A stretch of DNA of 64,000 bases, taken from the NCBI GenBank assembly GCA_951406725.2, contig OX597827.1:27466001-27530000 (forward strand). The letters run 5' to 3'. Positions 13,045 through 26,563 of the stretch are shown here, piece after piece. This DNA comes from Octopus vulgaris. Taxonomy: Eukaryota. Numbering within the stretch: position 1 is the stretch's first letter; each line of letters opens with the position of its first letter. The position numbers were made by a program, and so were the translations under genes. The notes below the pieces were generated by a model. That model saw nothing but the letters and a program-made list of their open reading frames with translations. It searched no databases and was not told the origin of the DNA.

Positions 13045-13510
13045 TTGCTTGTTTCAGGCATTAGACTGCGAACATGCAGTAGGACCACCTTGAAGAATTT
13101 TAGTCGAGCGTATCGACCTCAGTACTTATTTTTAAGCCTAGGACTAATTCTATCAGTCTCTTTTTGTCGAATTGCCATGTTCGGGGGACAACAACACGCC
13201 AGTTGGTGGTGGGGGACAAACACAGATACAAAGACACACACACATACATACATATACGCATATATATATGTATATATGTGTGTGTGCATATGTGTGTGTA
13301 TACGTGTGTGTGTGTGTGTATGTGTGTGTACGTGTGTGTGTGCGTGTGTGTATTCGAAGTCTTCTTTCAGTTTACGTCAACCAAATCCACTTACAAGATT
13401 TGATCGGTCTCAGGCTATAGTAGAAGACACTTGCCAAGGGTACCATGCAGTGGGACTGAACCCGAGACCATGTGGTTGGTAAGCAAGTTCTTTTTACCAC
13501 ACAGCCATTC
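13045..13510 (-). mobile_element. tRNA-derived SINE (family 1) with internal microsatellite
   Basis: Minus strand has head tggctgtgtggtaa...gggttcagtcccactgc, a central dinucleotide tract and the 3' body shared with other copies. Confidence 0.8.
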
Positions 13511-13784
13511 CTCTAAAATTTACACAAATGACTCAATACTGACGGGGAAGGAACTTGTCTGATGAAGGTTTTTGACCCAGACAAAGTCCTTCAATTATGT
13601 CTTTCATTAGAGATAATTGATTAGCCGCAATAAGATCTACTAATGGTCACATTTTAGACAAATTAAAGAAAGAATCAATCACAAACCTTCGGCTTTAAAA
13701 CAACCACGGCTACTAACTAAACTACGAATGACTTCCTGGATGTTATTCTAGGTTTTATAGCTGACCTATTTCTGTCACTTTGTT

Positions 13785-13990
13785 ACTTGTTTCAATCATT
13801 TGACTGCGGCCATGGTGCAGCACTACCTTAAAGGGTTTTTAGCGACAGGAATCGACCCCCAGGACTTACTATCTGTAAGCCTGGTCGTATTCTATCGGTC
13901 TCTTTTGCCGAACCGCTAAGTTGCGGAGACATAAATACACCAACATCTGTTGTCAAGCGATGGGTGCGGGACAAATACAACACAAAGACA
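13785..13990 (-). mobile_element. SINE family 1, 3' half
   Basis: Reverse complement of the body seen at 41905-42120. Confidence 0.8.
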
Positions 13991-14000
13991 CACACACACA

Positions 14001-14042
<42 letters not shown>

Positions 14043-14177
14043 CACATAAATATAAAATGAAATACAAAATGGTACAAGAACGCAAAACATCCGGACAACT
14101 AAGTGATACAAAATGGGTCAACAAAACATCCAGATAGATGATACAAAAACAAGGACGGGTCATATATATATAGATAT

Positions 14178-14220
<43 letters not shown>

Positions 14221-14223
<3 letters not shown>

Positions 14224-14843
14224 TTAGATATAAAAACACTATTAGGCAAATCAAACAGTGAAAAACATAAACCAAAACATAGAAATAAAATTAATTAATA
14301 TACAAAATATATAAAATATAAAATTCAAAATTTAAATTATTTAAATTTAAAGTTAAATTAATTTTTTTTAATTATTGATTTATACTTATAAATTTATATA
14401 TATATATATATATATTATTATTATTTTTATTTTTATTATCATTTTAATTTTTTTTTAAATATATATAACTATCAAAAAGTATTAAAAAGTTTAATATAAG
14501 ATAAAAAGTAAAACCACTACGATTGTTTCATGCCCATAACCTAATTCGAATAATAATTTAAATTCAATTAATAATTCGAATTATGGTTATAGTCAATCTT
14601 CAGGTTATTGATAATATTTGAATAAATAATCAAATATATTTAAACAATATTTTTTTAAGAAATAAATAAAATAATAATTTTTCTTATAAAAAACTCTATT
14701 ATCAAACTAGAAACTTTAACGATTATGATTATGTCATACAATCGATTATAATTATTTAACACTATAATCGATTGTATGACATAATCATAATCGTATATAT
14801 TTAACAAAAAGAAAATAATAATAAAAATAATAATAATAAAAAT

Positions 14844-14906
<63 letters not shown>

Positions 14907-15075
14907 TTTATAAGTATAAATTAATAATTTAAAAAAAAAATTAAATTTAACTTTAAATTTAAATAATTTAAATTTTGAATTTTATATTTTATATATTTTG
15001 TATATTAATTAATTTTATTTCTATGTTTTGGTTTATGTTTTTCACTGTTTGATTTGCCTAACAGTGGTTTTAATA
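14221..15075. repeat. AT-rich nested fold-back element, Penelope-like
   Basis: Outer arms about 14235-14395 and 14905-15072 are near-perfect reverse complements. Inner perfect 32-bp arms at 14719-14750 and 14763-14794. Flanked by (TA)n. Confidence 0.9.
14513..14610 (-). ncRNA. Type I hammerhead motif with long AT-rich stem II
   Basis: Minus strand: ac-CTGAAGA-ttgactataaccataattcgaat...attcgaattaggttatgggcat-GAAA-caatcg-TA-gt. Confidence 0.55.
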
Positions 15076-15179
15076 TATATATTTATACTATAAAATTAGA
15101 TTTAATCCTAAATCTAATTTTTCCCTGTAAGTTTGGATTTACTAATATATATATATATATATATTATATAAATATATAT

Positions 15180-15210
<31 letters not shown>

Positions 15211-15226
15211 ATATAGTTATTTACCC

Positions 15227-15307
<81 letters not shown>

Positions 15308-15325
15308 GTATATATATATATATAT

Positions 15326-15484
15326 ACGACGGTCTTCTTTCAGTTTCTGTCTACCAAAACCACTCACAAGGCTATGGTCGGCCCGAAGCTTTAGACACTT
15401 GCCCAAGGTACCACGCAGTGGGACTGAATCTGGAACCATGTGGTTGGGAAGCAAGCTTCTTACCACACAGCCACGCCTGCGCCT
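15326..15484 (-). mobile_element. SINE family 1, tRNA-like head
   Basis: Minus strand: ggcgcaggcgtggctgtgtggtaagaagcttgcttcccaaccacatggttccagattcagtcccactgcgtgg. Confidence 0.85.
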
Positions 15485-16801
15485 ATAAATAAACCATTTA
15501 AAAAACCCGAATGAAAGTTTCTCTTACATTAACGCATCATTATGCTATCCTATCACGTTACATAGGCATGACAGAACGGAAATTTAAGCATGTATTTCAA
15601 GTTCTAATTCCTTCTTTAATCGAAAGATCCAAACTCCTCAAGAACTGAAAAAGATGTAATTTGTGTATAGCAGGATAAAGAAAATTCTTGAAAAACCCAC
15701 ATAACCAGAACACATGCACTTGTCTCTATTCAATGTTCACTCCCCTAGCGTTTATTTTCCTGGATTCATCAAAGAGAGTGCGGGCAATAACTAAGTTTAT
15801 ATGTTACCAGGTCTATTTACGCTGTATGTCTGGGGCCCACTGTTGCTTCAAGTTCCCTTGTCCGCTTAGTATGGAGCTCTAAGTGAATTAGTTATTTGTG
15901 TGTGACTGCAAGAAGGCCTGGCAGAAATCTTGGTGAGAGAATGGTGGGAAGAGAGATTGTCTATCGACAGCAAAAACTCACGTACAGAACTCTTTCCTAT
16001 TTCCCCGTATTGCCTAACCAGCGGCAGCGAGCTGTATAAGTAAAAGAGATCGCAAGCACCACTGCATTGCCCGCATCACATCATTTATACACACACACAG
16101 ATACATACACACATACAGATCCACAGATGCACACGGACCCATACTATCTCGCTCTCTCTCTCTCTCAATTTCTCTTTATATATAAACTTGAACACACAGT
16201 AAGCCTAAAAAGCATCACACATAGACAACCATCGACACAAAGACTAATAAGGCGACGGATGCAAAACACACGCGTTCATATATGAAGAAACCACCATCAT
16301 AAATATATTTGTACATTAACAAAACAAACAAAATAAGCTTATATTCATACACTAATAAAGTAAAAAATCTTGCAAGCATACATACAGCAACAAGCAGAAA
16401 TAAACGTACAGACGAATACATATATACTTATATATACATACATATAAATCAGTCAAACAGAAATATACTTTAAAAGACAACGAAAAAGTTCGTAGCCGCA
16501 CTCATATATATCAATTTAACACACAACGCCTTACTCACAAACATACACACTCATTTATAGAAATAAATATGAAACTTACACATACATAAATTAAAAAAAT
16601 TACGCATACATCCATCAATAAAACAAAAACTCATGTATATACACACTGTTAAATAAATATTCAAACAACCCACGTATATACAAATTAAAACTCATGTTTT
16701 TTCATCTTTCTCTAAACTTTTACTCTATTTCTTAAATGTCTATGTTTTTCTGTATATTCATATATTATTCATTCCACAATTTCATTTATTATTTGTCGGT
16801 T

Positions 16802-16853
<52 letters not shown>

Positions 16854-17891
16854 AAAACTCGATAATTTTAATTTTCTTTTTTATCATGTTCCTCTCAGGA
16901 ATCGATAATCCTTTTCAATCATTTTAGTTTGGTTTATATACGTGTGTATATGCATGTGTGTGTATATATATGTATGTAATGTATGTATATGTAAACAGAT
17001 GTAGCAGTGTGCTTGAAGCATTGCGGAATATGTAGAAAAGCAGGCAGTTATATAGAAGGTTATAGCAATGCAGTTAGAGCATTAGATACAGAGAATAGCA
17101 ATTACAAAGATATTGAAAATCTACATGAGAAATATTTAACTAGCTCAGATAGTTCGGTTAATATACTCCTTTTCAAATTTATCAACAGAACAAGAGTGAA
17201 AGCGTTCATTTGTGTTGTTCAAGAGATCACATGTAATGATATGTAGAATTTGGGTTGAATCGTGTGGGATATCTGATAGTTGTTCCATTCAGTGTATTGA
17301 AACTTGTACACACGTTGTAGTTCCACCGAATTGAATAGTTGGTGAACGCATAAGTGTCTATCGTTGGGAGCCGTTTCATAGATGTGCATTAATCATACAG
17401 AAGGTCATTATCCATCCAGATCAATGAACATCTCTGTGCACGAACATAATTTAAAAAAACACTGCGACAAATGTAGACACATACAGAAAGGACATTACAG
17501 TCACTTTTTCAATCGACGGACCGCAACATTAGCAACGCGTTGATTAAAGAAGTCATTCTAATTAAAAATAAAAAGAAACATATTGCAACAAACAAGTCGG
17601 TTTGAATTGAATAAGGTGCACTGTCATAGTCACCATTTCTGAACCAATTTTTTGCGCACATATTACTGCCAATAGAACACAATCCACAACCCCAAATCCC
17701 ACATTTCTTCGAGCGCACGCTCACACACACATTCACACATACACACGCGCACGCACACAGAACTGGACGCGTCAAACTAACACTCGCAGTTATCTCTTGT
17801 CTTGTTGCCTCTTTTGAAAGAGAATATTTTACCACAAAACCTCAATTCTTGGGATAGATGCTTCTAAAGTAACAATTAAAATTCTTGGTCA

Positions 17892-17950
<59 letters not shown>

Positions 17951-17985
17951 ATTATTATTATTATTATTAATATTATTATTATTAT

Positions 17986-19470
17986 TCTATATTTGACTTT
18001 TGCTTTATATTTGTACAAGTTGGCTCCAAGTCTCACCCAGAGACCTCAAGAGGCAACATGTTAGATGTTCGTATTGTTGTTATGCCTAGTGTGCCATATA
18101 TTTGGTTTTGTATTTAGTGTTGTACTAGTGAATGCCTAAAAAAAACAACAACAAAATGAAAGTTATGTTTGTTTTAAAACTTGAGGTTACATAGAAAGTA
18201 TTTTGCGTAGGATATGAGCAGTTCCCATGAGCACTATCTTTTGAATTTCTGCCATTTTGGGGTTTCCTGGTATCTGAGTTAGGTAGCAATCAGTCCCTTT
18301 GCTATCATTCCCAGGGTACCTATGACAACAGGTATTGATTTAGTCTTCAGGTTCCACATTTTGCCAATTTCTATTTCAAGATCTTTATATTTGCTCAGTT
18401 TTTGGTAGGTCTTGACAGATACGTTTATATCGATTGGGACAGTCATATCAATGTTTTTTGTCTGAAGTCTTTCAATATGATGTCTGGCCTATTTGCATCT
18501 ATCTTTCTGTCAGTTTGAATGGGGAAGTTCCAGAGTAGTGAGATGTGGTCATTTTCAAGCACTGGAGGTGGTTTTTGTTCCCACCGGTTTTTTCATGGGG
18601 CAAGTCCAGGTTTTTGCAGATTACCCAGTGAATATATTGTGCAGCTCTATCATGCCTGTTGAGATACTCTGTAGGCGCTAGAAGACTGCACTTGGAGACA
18701 ACATGATCATTGGTTTCATTTTGTTGTTGACATACACGACATGTTGGGCTACTGCCGTTCTTTAATATGTTAGCCTGGTAGTTCCTTGTTGGTAGGCATT
18801 GATCTTGAGCTGCTATGATAAACCCTTCTGTTTCAGATTTTAAGCCAGAGGTCATTAGCCATTGATGTATCAGGGCTTAGTCAACATCTGCAACATTCGC
18901 TCTATTTGGGTATTTGCCATAGAGAGGTTTTTCTTGCCATTTATCGTTCAGAATATTTAAGGCCGCAGTTTTAGCATGGGTTTTCATGCGTTTAGCTTTT
19001 TCTGTGCTTGTTTCTTGTATGTCTAATTCCGAAATTTGTTGTATTCGGAATTCACGTAGATATTCCTTTGCCTGTTTTGTTACTGAGTATGATGCCTTCT
19101 TATTTTCATGTTTTGAGACAAGTTTTAACATCCAGTCCTCAGAGTTTTTCAGGTAGGTGTCTAGGCCAATTGTAGCAATCTTCATTGTTATTGCCAGTTG
19201 TGAAAGTCCACGGCCTCCCTCTTTTCTTGGCAGATAAAGTCGTTCTATATCTGCCTTAGGGTGGTGCATTCTATGCATTGTCAACAGTTTTCGTATTTTT
19301 CTGTCAAGATTACATATTTCAGTAATTGAACAGTTAACGATATTGAAACTGTAGGTCACGACTGGTATGGCTAAAGCATTGATCGCTTCGATTCTGTTTC
19401 TCGCATTTAGCTCTGTCTTGAGTATTGCTCTTACTCTGCGATAACATTCTCTCCTGATCCTTTCCTTCGT
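17986..19470 (-). mobile_element. 5'-truncated R4/Dong-like RLE non-LTR retrotransposon (subfamily B), disrupted
   Basis: ORFs 18877-19479 and 18499-18855 give RT C-terminus (MHHPKADIERLYLPRKEGGRGL), AAQDQ, CCHC (CRVC..H..C), RHD and PD..D RLE motifs. Stops and frameshifts present. Tail and flanks are (TAA)n. Confidence 0.85.
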
Positions 19471-19512
19471 TTTATACATATATTTATTATTTATATATTT
19501 ATTATTATTATT

Positions 19513-20066
19513 GAGTGAGAGAGCAGTTCATGTCATCAAAGTGACACTGGGGTAAAATATACGAAGCCCAATATACCCATCATGACTACCCGTCTGATAA
19601 GGGTACATCAGGCACATGCATCACAACCATATGTGCGCGACATGGTGATCTTATATCAAGATAAACAGCACATGACCTTGCAAGTGGGGCCCTGTTAGAA
19701 TTTACTTCAGGTTGAGTAGCCTATCCCGCTCAAACGGTCCCTGAATAAGGGTTGTTTAAGGATGTTGAAAGAGCCACCCATGTTTCCAGAGGTGAATTAT
19801 TCAAACCCCAAAGAATCCCTCTCAACACATGGCTATGATGCTCCCCCACTATTTCTGCTCGTGATCAGAGATGCACACATCGTCAGCCACTAAGGGACAT
19901 GCTCAACTGGTTAAGGTCAAACAACTGACAAGCAAATCTGTGGTATTGAGCAGAATATTTGCTGTAGCCTATCTTTAATACCAAGACAAAACAATGTACA
20001 TGATAACACTTCCAATCAGTTAAGATCAGAAGCCCTGAGAGCCACTGCCTGGTACTGCATCACCGC

Positions 20067-20068
<2 letters not shown>
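19513..20068 (-). mobile_element. About 550-bp non-coding interspersed element with (TAA)n tail
   Basis: Near-identical copy at 51387-51925 and inverted copy at 35865-36428. All end ...ctctc(t/c)cactc followed by (AAT)n. Confidence 0.85.
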
Positions 20069-20144
<76 letters not shown>

Positions 20145-20174
20145 CATCATTATCATTATCATCATCATTATTAA

Positions 20175-20222
<48 letters not shown>

Positions 20223-20376
20223 CATTATTATTATTATTATTTTTATTATTATTATCATTATTATTATTATTATATTTTTTATTACTAGTAGTTAATGTCC
20301 CATCAATATTGCTGTAGCCTTCTGTACCATCGATGCTAACTCTCACTCCTTTTAAACACGCACAGACACACACACA

Positions 20377-20433
<57 letters not shown>

Positions 20434-20805
20434 TTACGCACGCACATACTAACGCATACACATGTCTTCTAATTTGGGACGGTCATGTTTCCAATTAAAA
20501 CACACTCACTAGTTGTATTTCATTCTAGTGTTAGTATCAATTACCTAGATAATTTGATTAAATATGAAATTAATTAAATGACTCGACAAAGTTCTTTTGT
20601 TAGAGATTGCGATCTTATCGATGACCGTATGACTCAAAAGAAAGAGCAAAGTGCAGAGAGCAGAGAGCGAAGGACAGAGAGCAGAGAGCCAAGAGTACGT
20701 GATAGTGTGAAGATGCTGTAGAGGAGGTCATCGTCATCGATAAATCAGAGGCTGCGATGAAGTAATTTTATAAATTAATTTGATAATATCATACAATTAT
20801 GTCAA

Positions 20806-21165
20806 GCGACGAGCTGGCCGAATCGTTAGCACACCGTGCAAAAATGCTTCGCAGGATTCTGTCCGTTTTCATCTACTGCGTTCAAATTCCATCGAGGTCG
20901 GTTTTGCCCTCCATCCTTTCGCGGTTGATAAATTAAGTACCAGTTGTGTACTTGGGTCGATCGAATCGACTGGCCCCCTCCCCCAAAATTTCGGGCCTTG
21001 TGCCAAGAGAAGAAAAGAAATGTTAGCATGTCGGGCGAAATGCTTAGCGGTATTTCATCCGTCTATACGTTCTCAGTTCAAACTCCACCGAGGTCGACTT
21101 TGCCTTACGTCCTTTCGGGGTCGATAAATTAAGTACCAGTTGAGCATTTGGGTCGATGTAATCCT
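20806..21165 (+). mobile_element. Two tandem SINE family 2 copies
   Basis: gcgacgagctggccgaatcgttagcac...gttcaaattcc...ggggtcgataaattaagtaccag appears twice. Confidence 0.8.
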
Positions 21166-21399
21166 CGGAATTATGCAATTAAGTAATTAGATATTTTATA
21201 CTATTTTAAGAACCATATTAAGAACTCGGGGCGTTAAAACTACTCTCAGTTCCAAACCATTGCTAAATGGATCCCCTCGGGTCACATTGAATTCTGGATT
21301 GCAACTCATATTCCTGGAAAGAAAGAGCCTGAGCTTATAAAATTAAATACGTATTTAGAAATTAAATAGGCTCGGTATTGATATTCAAGACGGTAAGCG

Positions 21400-21985
21400 G
21401 CCTCTTCTGGTCTTATAACTTTTTACTTTGCAATTTAGAACTTAGCACAGGCCATTCTTTAATATGACTTGAGTATTAATGCCGAGTCATAAGAGAAGAA
21501 TTGGATATTCTTGCAAGAGAATGGCCTTGATTGGCCCAGATAGCATGAAGCTGACTTCTTTGTGAAGAACAACCAGCTGAGTACAGTAGAACGAAGCGGC
21601 AGTAGTTTAGAGCGCCTCCTTTTCTATACCACCGCGAGCCAAGTTATCTTTACCAGCGAGTATATCCTGATTATGATCTCTACACCAAACCGAAAGGATA
21701 AGATCTATGAGAATCCGTCGACATTTGAAAGTAATATAGTTAGGAAAGATCAACTCTTTTCTCTGGATGACTTCAAAGTCAGAGATGGTGCAGACCCCAA
21801 TGCATGCCTTCCTATGGTGTGGGCAAAATGAATGATACTAGACGGTCACTGCTCGATTTGTGCAACGTCATGTTCCGGCGTCATCAGTTTCTACTTCAGA
21901 CAAAGCCCCACCGTAAAGTTTCCTAGACACAACTGCTGTCAAACTCCTGGAATCAATTACATCTCATCATAGTCTGATACGCCAT
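21400..21985 (+). pseudogene. Decayed RTE-clade LINE apurinic endonuclease fragment
   Basis: Across frameshifts it reads LDDFKVRDGAD (cf. LGDFNARVG), YGVGKMND and TKPHRKVS*...SNSWNQLHLII, matching RTE endonuclease motifs. Confidence 0.65.
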
Positions 21986-22111
21986 CATTAAAGACATTCT
22001 TCACACACGCTTCTATCACAATGCTGACTGCGAAAAATATTATTCTTTAGATAGACAAATAGATAGATACAAAGATAGATTGATAGACAAACCGAACATA
22101 TATATATATAT

Positions 22112-22162
<51 letters not shown>

Positions 22163-22229
22163 GAGATAGACAGCCCAGACATATATATGTATATATATAT
22201 ATATGCGTGTGTGTATATTTATATATATA

Positions 22230-22301
<72 letters not shown>

Positions 22302-22352
22302 CAGACAGACGGACAGACAGACAGACAGACAGATAGATAGATATATAGATAT

Positions 22353-22460
<108 letters not shown>

Positions 22461-22974
22461 AGTATGAGCTAATGTATTTAAGGCATGAAACATGAAAAGA
22501 CTTAACTATATGTTGCGAAACAGCTAGATTGAATAACATATAGACATATATATGCAAACTCATGCTATAACATATTTAAAATAAAACATGGAACATAAAA
22601 AGGCTAACTAGAAATATAATATGTTGTCAGCAGACATATCGCTTTAGAAATATGCAAATTTGTGTTAACATATTCAATATATAGAACATTAAAAAGTTAA
22701 ACAGAAGTAATCATGACGTCAGAGAGACTGATGAATCAATAAATGTAAGGTATAAGGAAGTTTGTGTTTAATAGAGGTAATACACGAATCATTAAAAACT
22801 AACTAAAATATACATCTGGTAAGGGAAACATAATATTAGTCAATTATAAATAATGTTTTCAGTTTGCGGTTTTATTGGCAGTTACAGGGAACAACTCTTG
22901 ACATAATTCGGCTTTGTTTTGGGCTCGTCAGCGAAATTATAACAAGATGGTTATTTGCGACAAAGAAATCTGGA

Positions 22975-23255
22975 ATCCGTCTTAATCACATGGTTCGGAA
23001 TTTAGTCCCATTGCGTGGTACCTTGCGCAAATGACTTCTAATCTAGCCTCGGGCTAGCCAAAGCCTTGTGGGAGGGGGTGTTCAGTGGATGGAAACTAGA
23101 AGTTTGTTGTGTGTGTGTGACTACTGTCTGACAACATGTGTCCGCTGTTTACGTCACCGTAACTTAGCAGATCAGCAAAAGACAACGATAAAATACATTC
23201 TTCAAGGCGGTGCTCCAGCATGGCCGCAGTCTAATGACTGAAAACTAGTAAAAGA
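22975..23255 (+). mobile_element. Degenerate SINE family 1
   Basis: Head remnants plus 3' end aaggcggtgctccagcatggccgcagtctaatgactgaaa. Confidence 0.75.
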
Positions 23256-23334
23256 AAAAAAAAGAAATATATTTCAGTTGTTTGTGTGTGTGAGTGTGTG
23301 TGTATGCGCGCGCCCGTGTGTGCGTGTGTGGCAC

Positions 23335-23635
23335 TCAGTCGGTTACGACGATGAGCAGTGTTCCATTTCATTCGATCAAAGGAACAGCTTGCTCGTGAAA
23401 TAACGTCCAAGTGGCTGAGTTTTCGACAGACACATATACTCTTAACTTAGTTCACAGCATGACACAGATTGTGACAACGCCGGTCCTTTGAAAAACAGGT
23501 ACGACTAATTTTTGCCAGCTGACTGGATTGGAGCAACGTGAAATAATGTCTTGCTGAAGGACACAACGCGCGGCACGGAATTGAACTCACGACCTTACGA
23601 TCACGATCCGAATTCCCTAATCACCAAGCCACGCA
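23335..23635 (-). mobile_element. tRNA-derived SINE (family 3)
   Basis: Minus strand: gcgtggcttggtgattaggg...cgtaaggtcgtgagttcaattcc. Homologous to 27198-27490. Confidence 0.8.
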
Positions 23636-23649
23636 TACATACACATGGT

Positions 23650-23762
23650 TCAAGTGTACAGAAAACAAAAGTCAAAGACAGATGAGGGAACAACAAGCAC
23701 GTGTATTAGTTTGACGCTCTGGAACAATGGAAAAGTCTTTGACGTTTTGAGCCTACGCTCTT
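23650..23762 (-). mobile_element. Penelope-like pLTR fragment, truncated within its hammerhead
   Basis: Minus strand: aagagcgtaggctc-aaaa-cg-tc-aaagact. Homologous to 34455-34630. Confidence 0.55.
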
Positions 23763-23774
23763 GTATGTATGTAT

Positions 23775-24205
23775 TTACCAACCTACCTACACACCCACCT
23801 ACATAATACATACCTACCAATCTTACTACCTACTTGCCTACCTACCTATCTACCAACCTACCTACCTACCTACCAACCTACCTACCTACGTACCAACTTA
23901 CCTACCTACTAACCTACCAACCTACCTACCTACCGACCAACCAACCTACCTATTTACCAACCTACCTACCCACCCACCCTACATAATACCTACCTATCAA
24001 TCAACTACTTGCCTACCTACCTATCCTCCTACCTACCAACCTACCTACTTAACTACTTACTCTCCTGCCTACCTACCTACCTACCTACATACATGCATGC
24101 ATACATACATATATACATACATACATACATACATACATACATACATGCATGCATGCATGCATACATACATACATGCATACATACATACATACATACATAC
24201 ATACA
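23775..24205. repeat. Degenerate (CCTA)n then (CATA)n microsatellite
   Basis: Directly visible. Confidence 0.9.
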
Positions 24206-24700
24206 CACACATATACAAAAGAGAAAGAGAGAGGGAGTGAGAAAGAAAGTGAGAGCGAGAGAGAGAGAATAGATACACTATTCAGAGTCAATGGCGGGTA
24301 CCATATTCCTCTCCTACATGCTGTGTTTACGATGTAGGTATCAAACCGGGGAAAGGGTAGTGTGTGGAATTCGTGCCACTTATAAGTATTTAATAAAATA
24401 CAGAAAACAGGTATGATATTCAAATCATATAAAATATATACGCATTTCATGCTGAATAATGAAGATATTCATTACATAATTATAGAATGTTTCAATCGCA
24501 ATTATGTAATCAGGAAAGTAATTTACGGATACACGTAAAGCTTTGAATAATAGTCCCATTACGTGACACCTTGAACAAGTGTTTTCTACTATAACCCCGA
24601 GCCTAACTAAAGCCTTGCAAGTGGATTTGATAAAGGCAACTGAAAGAAGCCCGTCGTATATATATATGTGTGTGTGTGTGAGTGTGTGCACGGGTATCAA

Positions 24701-24786
24701 TTCATTACGGCCGTTTCAAGTGGCTCCATTTAATTGATGAAGGAGAACATTACATCAATTTGAAAGAAACCGCTCTCTTCAGATGA
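24701..24786 (-). ncRNA. Type I hammerhead motif (left arm)
   Basis: Minus strand: tcat-CTGAAGA-gagcggtttc...ggagccactt-GAAA-cggccg-TA-atga. Stem I tcat/atga, palindromic stem III. Confidence 0.65.
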
Positions 24787-24937
24787 CCGCATAGACATCA
24801 AGCATAAAGGGTAAACCATTCCGCTACAGATATAAGAATAGGAAACAACGTAAATATTTTGGTTTCCATTATTGATGTAACTTTGTTACAAAAGAAAAAA
24901 GTTAATGGTTTATCCCGTATGCTTGATGCCTATGCGA

Positions 24938-25022
24938 TGATCTGAAGAGTGTGGTTTCTTTCAAATTGATGTAATGCTCTCATTAATTAATTAAATGAAG
25001 CCGCTTGAAACGGCCGTAATGA
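24938..25022 (+). ncRNA. Type I hammerhead motif (right arm)
   Basis: at-CTGAAGA(24942-24948)-gtgtggtttc...gaagccgctt-GAAA(25007-25010)-cggccg-TA-at. Confidence 0.6.
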
Positions 25023-25335
25023 ATTGAGACTTGTACATCTTTGTTACTTATTTATATTCCGTTCATCTAAGTTGGGATCTCGACTTCGGAAATACTATAG
25101 AAAGTACCTTTATAAAAAGTACAGGTTTGAATTACCAAGAGCGGGTATCTTCACTTAGTTGGGTTGTGTTGTCTACACACACGGCAGGAATATCAGGTAA
25201 AAACACCCCTGCATGGGGTCTTGATTTTCAAATAATATTGTTGGGGTGTGCGGACTATATCGAATTTGCAAAGTGACTCAAATTTGGTACCTAATTCAAC
25301 TGAATCTTAATTATATATGTATATATGCGTGTGTT

Positions 25336-25367
<32 letters not shown>

Positions 25368-25384
25368 TGTGTGTGTATGTGTAT

Positions 25385-25610
25385 GTGTGTTTGTGCCTGT
25401 GCTTGTCCCACGCCACTGCTTGTCAACCGGTGTTGGTGTGTCTACCTTCCCGTAACTTAGCGGTTCAGTAAATCAGAACGATAAAATAAGTACCAGACTT
25501 ACAAAAAAAAAAAAAAATTAGTACTGGGGCGATTTATTTGACTAAAATTTCTTCAAGGAGGTGCCTCAGCATGGCCGCAGTCTAATGACTGCAGCAAGTA
25601 ATTAAAAAGG
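25385..25610 (+). mobile_element. SINE family 1, 3' half
   Basis: cgtaacttagcggttc...gcatggccgcagtctaatgact. Confidence 0.75.
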
Positions 25611-26189
25611 AAGAAAGCAGAGAATGTTGACAGGTGCTTGCGATGTCAAAGTGGTAGTAATGGTGGTATTGGCGGTGGTGTTGGTGTTGGCGATGGCGTT
25701 GGTGTTGGCGGTGGTGACAGTGGTGATGGTGATGGCGGTGGTGGGATCTCCTAAATCATCATTTAACTCCCTTTACAAACTACAACCTCCCTCCCCGCTC
25801 TTCCACCCCGCACATTGTCCTTTATAAATCAAATACGTCTCTTAAACTCTTTACACACTGACCACCACAGAAAAATATATGGAGCGGTGGCGTCTTGGGG
25901 GACGTTATATATTTGTTTCTTTTTAATCATATTTTTTTTTCTTTTTTGTTTCCTTCTCTCTTCGTTTCTTTTCTTTCCTTTTCTTTTCTGTTCTGTCCTT
26001 TTGTGAACAAAATACTTCGAACTTTAACCTTTCCCCCAACTTTAAAAGGAATAGATTTACTCTTAGGACTGGGTGGAGGGTAGGTGAGTGAGGTGGCGGA
26101 CAAAGGTGGCCGGTGGGTGGCAAGCACTAGCCAGAAGATCGAGGACAGGAGAGTAAGCATGAAGGAAGCGATAATGGAGGGGATGGAGG

Positions 26190-26529
26190 AAAGAGAGAGG
26201 GAGGGAGGGAGAGACACTAACAGACAGACGGACGGACAGAAACACAGAGATAGAGAGAGATAGAAAGAGAAAGAGAGAGGGAGAGAGAGACAGATAAACA
26301 AACAGTCAAACAAACAAACGGACAAAGAGAGAGAGAGAGACAGACAGAGAGAAAGAAACAGGGAGAGAGATTGACAGACAGAAACAGAGAGAGAGAGAGG
26401 CAGAGAGAGTAAATGAGAGAAGGAGGGAGAGATAGACAAACAAACAAACAAGCGGACAAAGACAGAGAGACAGAGAGAGAGAGAAAGAGAGAGGTAGAAA
26501 GACTGACAGACAGACGGATAGACAGAAAC

Positions 26530-26563
<34 letters not shown>

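Larger units (their letters stand above)
24697..25027. repeat. Inverted repeat (about 124-bp arms), each arm containing a hammerhead
   Basis: 24697-24820 is the reverse complement of 24904-25027 with mismatches. Confidence 0.85.

Noticed and set aside
15400-15484. tRNA-like sequences here and at 27198, 28318, 57260, 59922 and 63650
   Set aside because: They continue into shared SINE bodies and I could not fold complete cloverleaves, so they are SINE heads rather than tRNA genes.
17007-17246. 79-aa non-repetitive ORF
   Set aside because: No recognisable domain, no ATG start and no convincing splice sites.
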